Origin: Escherichia coli
GTDB lineage: Bacteria > Pseudomonadota > Gammaproteobacteria > Enterobacterales > Enterobacteriaceae
Assembly (NCBI RefSeq): GCF_003991155.1
Contig: NZ_CP031294.1
Reading direction: 5' to 3' (one strand)
DNA length: 64,000 nt
Each line of letters opens with the position of its first letter. Position 1 is the first letter of the stretch. The notes below the pieces were generated by a model. It ran no database searches, was not told where the DNA came from, and saw nothing but the letters and a program-made list of their open reading frames with translations. The position numbers were made by a program, and so were the translations under genes. Below, one piece after another: positions 57,537 to 64,000 of the stretch.

Positions 57537-58457
57537 TTATTCCTGTGCAGCAGTGACTTCTACGGTCGCTGTCGCTTTGTGGCTACCATCTTGGGTAGTA
57601 ACCTCGATTGTGGCAGTACCAGCCGCAACGCCAGTTACAACACCGGTTTCGCTATCCACCGTTGCAAACTCGGTATTTTTGGATTCCCAAGTAACGGTTT
57701 TATTTGTTGCTCCTGCCGGCTCGACATTTGCGGTCAGCTGAACAGTTTTGTTTGCCTCAACGGTTGTGCTATTTGGGTCGATTTCGACGCCGGTAACAGC
57801 CACAACAGGCGCAGTTACTTCCACCGTTGCAGTTCCCTTTTTGCTGCCATCTTGGGAAACGATCTCAATCGTCGCAGTGCCAACTTCTACACCAGTAACG
57901 TTCCCGCTCTGGTCTACCGTTGCCTTGTCTTCATTTTTGGAAGACCAAGTAACTGCCTTATTCGTCGCATTTGACGGCTGAACATTCGCTTTCAGACTGA
58001 CTGATTTCCCTTTCTCAACAGAGGTTGAGTCTGGCGTTACCGTTACGGATTGAACGGCTACCGGATTTACGGTGACTTCCACTGACGCGGAAAGCTGGGT
58101 TTCCTGATCAGTTGCGGTAATTTTCACTTTGCCTGGTGCTACGCCAGTTACTAATCCAGTGCCGTTGACGGTTGCAATTTGATCATTGGCTGACTTCCAG
58201 GTGAATGAACTGGCACTCTTACCCATAGTAATACCTGCACTAAGTTGAACAGTTTTCCCAACCAAAACTGACGGTGAAGCCGGGGTTATGTTTACGGATT
58301 GGGAGAAGGGAACCGCCTGCAAACAAGCAGATAGCTGACTTTGTTGTCGCTCGGTTAAAGGTTCATCGGAGATAGAATTGGTAAATCCGGCACGGCACAT
58401 ATGCCCCGTAAAATCCGAAAATGCCTCTTCCGTAATCTTCATCTTTTGTTCTGGCAT
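57537..58457 (-). CDS. Ig-like domain protein (three Big_2-type repeats); probable capsid decoration or head fibre
   Basis: Three ~85-aa repeats of the pattern VT...V..GK...L.A.V.P..ATNK.VTW.S.N...ATVD..G.VTGV..G.ATI; directly downstream of the capsid gene. Confidence 0.55.
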   Translation of the reverse strand: MPEQKMKITEEAFSDFTGHMCRAGFTNSISDEPLTERQQSQLSACLQAVPFSQSVNITPASPSVLVGKTVQLSAGITMGKSASSFTWKSANDQIATVNGTGLVTGVAPGKVKITATDQETQLSASVEVTVNPVAVQSVTVTPDSTSVEKGKSVSLKANVQPSNATNKAVTWSSKNEDKATVDQSGNVTGVEVGTATIEIVSQDGSKKGTATVEVTAPVVAVTGVEIDPNSTTVEANKTVQLTANVEPAGATNKTVTWESKNTEFATVDSETGVVTGVAAGTATIEVTTQDGSHKATATVEVTAAQE

Positions 58458-58500
58458 TTCTCGCTCCTACAAAAAGGGTGGGCGTATAGCCCACCCTTTA
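58458..58500 (-). terminator. Rho-independent terminator downstream of the capsid gene (minus strand)
   Basis: AAGGGTGGGC-GTAT-AGCCCACCCTT hairpin followed on the minus strand by TTTTTGT. Confidence 0.5.
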
Positions 58501-58530
58501 ACATAGATAATTACTTATCTACTTCACTGA

Positions 58531-59406
58531 TTAAATTTTTACATTGGTCAGTGCAGCGATAGCCTTATCGTGCTTATTCGCCAGAGAGCAGTACCACTTC
58601 ACACGGGTACGTACTGCGTCTTTGTTCTGTACAGTACCAATGTTTTCAACAACGATACCTGCGTTGTCGCCGCCATACAGACCAGTAACGCCGTTCTCTT
58701 CTGACAGATGCAGGCAGTAGATGCTTGCTTTGCCAGAATCGGTCGGGATGAAGTCGTTGATGATGAACGGAACGCCGTTATGACACAGCATCGGACGACC
58801 GAAGTTCTCCATCATGATTTCAGACGGACCTACGTTTACTGTACGCAGCAGCGCACGGTAAGCACGCAGGTGCTCTGAACGCATCATGATGCAGTCAGCA
58901 CCAAGATCTTTCACCGCATCGACCAGTTCGTCGAACATAGAGAAAGTCATAGATGCACCGGCGATATCGATCTTCTGATCTGCGTGCATCAGGCGTGGAA
59001 TGCCGTCAAACGCCTTGTTGTTGGAGCTGGAGTCACCCAAAATCAGGTTGCGACGGAACGCACGAGCCAGACCTTTAACTTTCTGACGAACCTGAATAGC
59101 CAACTGGTTGTTGGTGTCGGCCATAGTGGTCGCCAGGAATTTATCAACGTCTACGTCACCAGCCAGAATACGCAGTTTCGCAACGCATTCTTCGAAGGTT
59201 GCTGCACCTTCAGGGATGGTGTCGTTAACGTCGATGAAGGTAGCTTCACTCAGCGTTTTTTCACGGTTGTACAGATATGCCTTTGAATTAATTTTCATAA
59301 AAGGCAGGATGGCAAACAGGTCATCGCGATCGATGATAGTTTCGATCACACCCTGTTCAAGTTCGTTGTTAGACAGCTTTTCAGCTTCTTCACGCAGTAA
59401 TGGCAT
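58531..59406 (-). CDS. Major capsid protein
   Basis: 291 aa; position after the scaffold gene, strong terminator immediately downstream; no motif check possible. Confidence 0.55.
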   Translation of the reverse strand: MPLLREEAEKLSNNELEQGVIETIIDRDDLFAILPFMKINSKAYLYNREKTLSEATFIDVNDTIPEGAATFEECVAKLRILAGDVDVDKFLATTMADTNNQLAIQVRQKVKGLARAFRRNLILGDSSSNNKAFDGIPRLMHADQKIDIAGASMTFSMFDELVDAVKDLGADCIMMRSEHLRAYRALLRTVNVGPSEIMMENFGRPMLCHNGVPFIINDFIPTDSGKASIYCLHLSEENGVTGLYGGDNAGIVVENIGTVQNKDAVRTRVKWYCSLANKHDKAIAALTNVKI

Positions 59407-59431
59407 CTATCAATTCCCTTTGATTTAGATG

Positions 59432-60319
59432 TTACTTAAGTCCAATTTTCCCCAGACCGGAGGCCAACTTATCCATAGTCGACTTGTTCTTCGGTTGGGA
59501 TATTGTGTAGGTCGATTTGGAATGTGAGCCTACACCCTGCTTGGCTTCGCTACGCATCAATGCGTCAGCTTCCGGATCTGCCCGCACAATGCGTTCAATC
59601 GCGGATTCAAACGGCAACGGCTTACCTTCACCGTCAACCAGAACAGCTCGTTCTTTGTGACCTGCCGGTTTGTCATAACCCACTACGCTACCGTCTTCAC
59701 CCACTTCAAAATGAGAACCGTAGATCACGCGGGCTTTTGCCGGGGTCATCAGAACTTTGTCACGTAGGAAGAGAGAGTTACTGAAGGAAGCGCCCACGGT
59801 CATCTCGACTAATTGAGATTTCAGTGATGCGTTTTCACTTTCCAGTGCTGCATAACGTTCGTCACGCTGTGCCAGCTCTGCCTGGTGTGCTTCGATCATC
59901 TGTTTTTTAACAGCATCGAACTCACCACGACGCTCCAGTTCAGCTTGCTCCGCCTCACGACGTGCGTTTTCTGCGGCCTGTTCAGCTTCTAAAAGCTGGC
60001 GAGCACGAGCCGGATCGATATCACCGTACTGAGCAAGCTGATCGGCCAATGTGCGCTCTTTCTCTTTGCGCTTCATGTTCTCCTTCAGCAGTTCAGCACC
60101 AGCTTTCTTGGTTTTACGAAGTTCGGCCAGTAACTCTTCCTGAGTCATGCCAGCGTATTCGTCATCGCCCTTCGGCTGCTCTTTTTGTTCACCCTGTTTG
60201 TCAGGATCTTGTGTACTCTGCTCATTATCAGCAGCTACACCGCCAGCGCCTCCACGCTCATGCGCTTCAGCGACATCCATCAGACCACGACGGGCCAAAA
60301 GCATTTGCCACAGATTCAT
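59432..60319 (-). CDS. Scaffolding protein
   Basis: Highly charged Glu/Ala/Arg/Gln-rich predicted coiled coil, between portal and capsid genes. Confidence 0.5.
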   Translation of the reverse strand: MNLWQMLLARRGLMDVAEAHERGGAGGVAADNEQSTQDPDKQGEQKEQPKGDDEYAGMTQEELLAELRKTKKAGAELLKENMKRKEKERTLADQLAQYGDIDPARARQLLEAEQAAENARREAEQAELERRGEFDAVKKQMIEAHQAELAQRDERYAALESENASLKSQLVEMTVGASFSNSLFLRDKVLMTPAKARVIYGSHFEVGEDGSVVGYDKPAGHKERAVLVDGEGKPLPFESAIERIVRADPEADALMRSEAKQGVGSHSKSTYTISQPKNKSTMDKLASGLGKIGLK

Positions 60320-60340
60320 AAAAATTCCTTTTGTTACTTA

Positions 60341-61915
60341 TCACTCGTTCTCTTGAGTAGATGAGTCCCCATTCCCTCGGGGTTGATCTTGCCCGCTTTC
60401 TTGGGCTGCACCACGATCATAAGTAAGTACTGACTTATTTTCAAGGGTATTTAGATCATTTTTTGGAGGAAAATTCAAGAGATCTTTATCAAATTCCTTT
60501 TTCATCGCCTCAGTAATGTTCGGGAAAATCTTCTCAATAAGCATTTCCATCTGGTGACGACGTACAGAGTCCGGTGCCTGAAGTAATGACAGTTTCTCGG
60601 CAACAGAAAATTCATCAGTAAGGCCACGAATATCGAAACTTTCTGGATATGCAATTAAAGAGTGGTCTTCGTCCAGATCTACCCCCATCCATTTCGCAAC
60701 CAGTAGCATGATTTGGCGTTCAGCCCTTTCCAGACGCTCTGCTTTTGTGACAAGCAAGCTATTTACACGCTGGAAGTCATACATTTTTGCGGCACCAGAT
60801 GAATTATCGATTCCCTGTGCGTTGTCCTGCTTCGTTCGCTCACCAGCTACACCAACTGAATGGTAGATTTCGTTAATCACCGTCTTAATCGTAGTGATGA
60901 TCATCTGAGCTTGTTTCGGGTCTGGTGACAGATAAAACGGCTGGTTTCCACCTTCAGAATCGTAGGTGAAGACTCGCTTTGTGCCCATTTCAAGCACTTT
61001 AGTGTGGTTTTCATCACCAGGTAAAAGCGACTGTACCGGTATAGCCAACTGGCTAAATGTCTGATCCTGAATAATGGCATCAAGGTTTGACAGATAGTTT
61101 GCAACCGCACGATCAAGATAAGCGATATCATCGATCAACGATGGGCTGAAATACGGTGATTCACTTTCTCCAATACAATCAACAGGAAACACAGGAACTA
61201 CGCCGAGATTATGCTCACCGCTATCCTCTAAAATAACTTTTGCCTGACGGCGACCTGCTCCACCAGCGCCCTTCTTCACTTCCTCACGGAACAGATACCA
61301 CTCGTTTTGTGTCCACAGACGATAACGTTGGTATTCCTGACCTGTAGAAGTAAAAGGATCTGCGTCATCACGAGCGACTTCCACAATTAACGCCCACAAC
61401 ATATTCCCGTCGTCGTCCCATGCCACATCCAGCATTTGCTGAGGTGAAATCCAGTAGGCGTAGGCGCGAGCATCTTTCTTTTTCTCGTCAGCTACTGACT
61501 CAACATCACCACTCATCGTGCTATCGACAACAACCCATATGCGACCGTAAATAGACGACTGCAAATCAATAGCGGCCATAAATGAGTCAATAGAGGCATT
61601 CTGGCGAGTCGCACGTTTCCAGAAATTGCGGATCTGCTCTGGTGCCTCTTCGATATTTCTATGAATGTCTTCTTTAAAGAGATATTTGTTGATGAGGTTT
61701 ACCACCTCACGAGTGTGGTTGAAGCGATAAGCACGTTCAACTCGCTCCTTAAACTCCTGATCTCCCTCTTTAAAGTAACGAAAGATATTGTCTGTAAACC
61801 AACCACGCCCGCCAGCGTAAGTGCTGGCGAGGAAGTCCCAATGTTCTTTTTTCTTTTCGTATTCCGGGTGGCGTCGCGCCACCAGATCCTTAATTTGTTT
61901 GTCGTTCAATTCCAT
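60341..61915 (-). CDS. Portal protein
   Basis: 524 aa, immediately downstream of the terminase large subunit; position and size only. Confidence 0.6.
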   Translation of the reverse strand: MELNDKQIKDLVARRHPEYEKKKEHWDFLASTYAGGRGWFTDNIFRYFKEGDQEFKERVERAYRFNHTREVVNLINKYLFKEDIHRNIEEAPEQIRNFWKRATRQNASIDSFMAAIDLQSSIYGRIWVVVDSTMSGDVESVADEKKKDARAYAYWISPQQMLDVAWDDDGNMLWALIVEVARDDADPFTSTGQEYQRYRLWTQNEWYLFREEVKKGAGGAGRRQAKVILEDSGEHNLGVVPVFPVDCIGESESPYFSPSLIDDIAYLDRAVANYLSNLDAIIQDQTFSQLAIPVQSLLPGDENHTKVLEMGTKRVFTYDSEGGNQPFYLSPDPKQAQMIITTIKTVINEIYHSVGVAGERTKQDNAQGIDNSSGAAKMYDFQRVNSLLVTKAERLERAERQIMLLVAKWMGVDLDEDHSLIAYPESFDIRGLTDEFSVAEKLSLLQAPDSVRRHQMEMLIEKIFPNITEAMKKEFDKDLLNFPPKNDLNTLENKSVLTYDRGAAQESGQDQPRGNGDSSTQENE

Positions 61916-61941
61916 TTGAATAACCTTAGATAATTACTTAC

Positions 61942-63198
61942 CTATCGAGAACCACCAAGAATAACACGGTTTTTGACTGGATACCTACGATGTACTGGAT
62001 AGCCCAATGCGTCTGCACTATGCTCAATGCCACCTGTCTTATCCATATCTCGTGTTCCAGGCTTGTAGATGACTTTTTCCAGTGAATCAATCAAATGCTT
62101 GCACTTCGGATCGATATACAGCCGGATATCTCCAGATGCGGTCATCAGCATTCGGTTAACAGCATTAACACGATCCGCAATTGGCGGGTGCTTTTTCGAA
62201 TAATCGACACGTAAGAATCCCTTCTCTTTGAATATGTCGACGTCAGACTCCCCGCGAGCATGTTGGCGATAAGCACCTGCCGGATCTGGAAATACCGTTA
62301 TCTGTGATTTCCAGCGCCAGAAGCGTCTCTCAAGCTCATCACAAACCTCTGCCGTGTTAGAGGAAAAGAGCACCAATTCATCAATTGCCCATAGCTCACC
62401 ATTTGGCTGAGGTTGCAAAATTACTGAAGACATCGGGTCAATGTTGAAGTCCTGCCCTACCCATATAGGCAACCGAGGGTTGAACTGAAGCGGTTTTACA
62501 TGCACGTTACGATCGAACGGGTAGTAAACGCGCCCGGACATGTTCTCAAAGCTCGCCAGGTACTCCTGAGCGAACGATTTCGGGTCCATATCGTTCTTAG
62601 CAGCTTCAATTTCCGCCGTAGGTACAAACGGAGAATCGGCAGTTACAAACTGCCAGCTCTTCCACTGTCCCTTTCTTTGCAGCTCTACGTTCTGGCCTAT
62701 AGTCCACAGTTTGTGAAATTCCGAGAAGCCTTTTGGCGTACCAATGATCAGTGCACCGCCGCGTGTCGATGAAAGAGTAGGTCGTAACACCTTGTACCAG
62801 GTGTCAGCCTTCATATCCTGAAATTCATCAAGCACTACAAAATGCAACGCTACGCCGCGCAGAGTGTCAGGCTTATCAGCACCTTTGAGGGCGATCTCCG
62901 AACCGTTCTTCAACACGATTGTCATCGTGGTGTCGTTCTTTTTCCTAACCCACTTACGAGGCAGAACTTCCTGTAGATCGTCCCACAAAATCTGGCGAGC
63001 CATCTGGTAAGTAGGAGCGACATACCAGACTCTTTGCTTTTTTTCCTTTGCCGCCGCACGAATAATAGTGGAGATCGACAACCGGGATTTTCCCCAGCGT
63101 CGACCAGCACAAACAACTTTAAATCGATGCGGAGACTGGAAGACTTTCATCTGTCCAGAATGCAGTTGCACAAGACTGAGCGAGGACGGGATTGCCAT
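61942..63198 (-). CDS. Terminase large subunit
   Basis: Walker A CAGRRWGKS, Walker B VVLDEFQD, C-terminal nuclease-like region with acidic residues; 418 aa. Confidence 0.8.
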   Translation of the reverse strand: MAIPSSLSLVQLHSGQMKVFQSPHRFKVVCAGRRWGKSRLSISTIIRAAAKEKKQRVWYVAPTYQMARQILWDDLQEVLPRKWVRKKNDTTMTIVLKNGSEIALKGADKPDTLRGVALHFVVLDEFQDMKADTWYKVLRPTLSSTRGGALIIGTPKGFSEFHKLWTIGQNVELQRKGQWKSWQFVTADSPFVPTAEIEAAKNDMDPKSFAQEYLASFENMSGRVYYPFDRNVHVKPLQFNPRLPIWVGQDFNIDPMSSVILQPQPNGELWAIDELVLFSSNTAEVCDELERRFWRWKSQITVFPDPAGAYRQHARGESDVDIFKEKGFLRVDYSKKHPPIADRVNAVNRMLMTASGDIRLYIDPKCKHLIDSLEKVIYKPGTRDMDKTGGIEHSADALGYPVHRRYPVKNRVILGGSR

Positions 63199-63830
63199 TA
63201 TTCGTCCTCCCCTTCACTTCCATCATCTGTCGCATCAAATTCGCTTAGAGCTTCTTCTTCCAACGTCTCAAGCAATTCGTCATCGATGATTTCAGGCTCG
63301 TCGTCTTCCTGACGTAATTTCGCCACCTGGGAAGGCGTAAGCTCACCAAATACCAGGTTCGGAATTTCTTCCTCGTCATTTTCCGCATGATCCATGCCCA
63401 ATGCTTTGGACGAAACTTCAAAGCATTTTGCAAGGGTATTACTGGCTCTCTGTAAGCTCTTGAGAGAATCCTCAATCGCCCCTAAAGGCTTACCCTCACG
63501 TTTGGCCGTAGTGACTTCGACCATCACCATCTGCCCCAACGCATACGCCCAGCCGTCATAACGTGTACGACGTTCTTCTATCTTTTCCGCACGGGCTTTA
63601 GCGCGAAGCTCTGCGTCAGATTTAAGAGACTCACGAACCATCTTCCCAACAGAGTCCGCGCCTTTCTCTAATCCTCGCTTTTTGAAATGTCTGGAGAGTG
63701 TTTCACGACGAATGCCGTACTCTTCCTCCAGCTTTGAGAGTGTATATTCGCCTGACGTCCATTTGGCTTCAGCTTCGGCCCACTCCGCTGGTGTCAGGCG
63801 AGTTTTTACCTCGTCTTTTTCGACCGTCAT
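63198..63830 (-). CDS. Terminase small subunit
   Basis: 210 aa with acidic C-terminal tail and an N-terminal HTH-like segment; stop overlaps the large subunit start. Confidence 0.5.
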   Translation of the reverse strand: MTVEKDEVKTRLTPAEWAEAEAKWTSGEYTLSKLEEEYGIRRETLSRHFKKRGLEKGADSVGKMVRESLKSDAELRAKARAEKIEERRTRYDGWAYALGQMVMVEVTTAKREGKPLGAIEDSLKSLQRASNTLAKCFEVSSKALGMDHAENDEEEIPNLVFGELTPSQVAKLRQEDDEPEIIDDELLETLEEEALSEFDATDDGSEGEDE

Positions 63831-64000
63831 AGATCCCTCTAAAACACACAGAGCGCGTCCATGCGCTCTAAAACAACTTGTTTACTGCATCTGCTAACCA
63901 ACTTGTTTTCTGGGGTGTTTAATTAGGTCTGGCATGTCTTACGAAGCCTGCTTCCGTATATATTTAATAAGTTACTTATTATTTATATATACAGATGCAG

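Noticed and set aside
1-64000. CRISPR array or integron-like structures
   Set aside because: No regularly spaced direct repeats with unique spacers were seen. The only repeat clusters are the iterons (irregular spacing, two orientations) and intragenic coding repeats.

Overview
The window reads as one contiguous segment of a siphovirus-type phage-plasmid, with almost every gene on the minus strand. From memory it resembles the SSU5/pHCM2-like enterobacterial phage-plasmids; that assignment is unverified. Plasmid-maintenance functions: a RepA-like initiator followed by an iteron array (1-1540), a ParA partition module (33250-34277), a tyrosine recombinase with a divergent HTH regulator (16963-18447) and a YafO-like toxin gene (18621-19031). 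Replication and DNA-metabolism block: RecA-like recombinase, flap endonuclease, SSB-like protein, DnaE-type polymerase, a CobS/CobT-like AAA+/VWA pair, glutaredoxin, ATP-dependent ligase, primase and DnaB-like helicase. Four minus-strand tRNAs (Ser, Thr, Tyr, Asn) sit at 21251-21808 in a hairpin-rich non-coding region. A lysis cassette (35799-37241) is followed by a lambda-like morphogenesis module: side tail fiber, J, I, K, L, M, tape measure, G/T chaperones, major tail protein, capsid, scaffold, portal and terminase (37432-63830). The best candidates for an undescribed system are three conspicuously AT-rich, isolated accessory genes: a KAP-like P-loop NTPase (31504-33207), a plus-strand protein with an Rx4H HEPN-like motif (20164-21072) and a plus-strand membrane protein (8453-9043). 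Several recurrent intergenic motifs suggest shared operators or promoters. All calls rest on reading the ORF translations and the DNA by eye; no searches were run.
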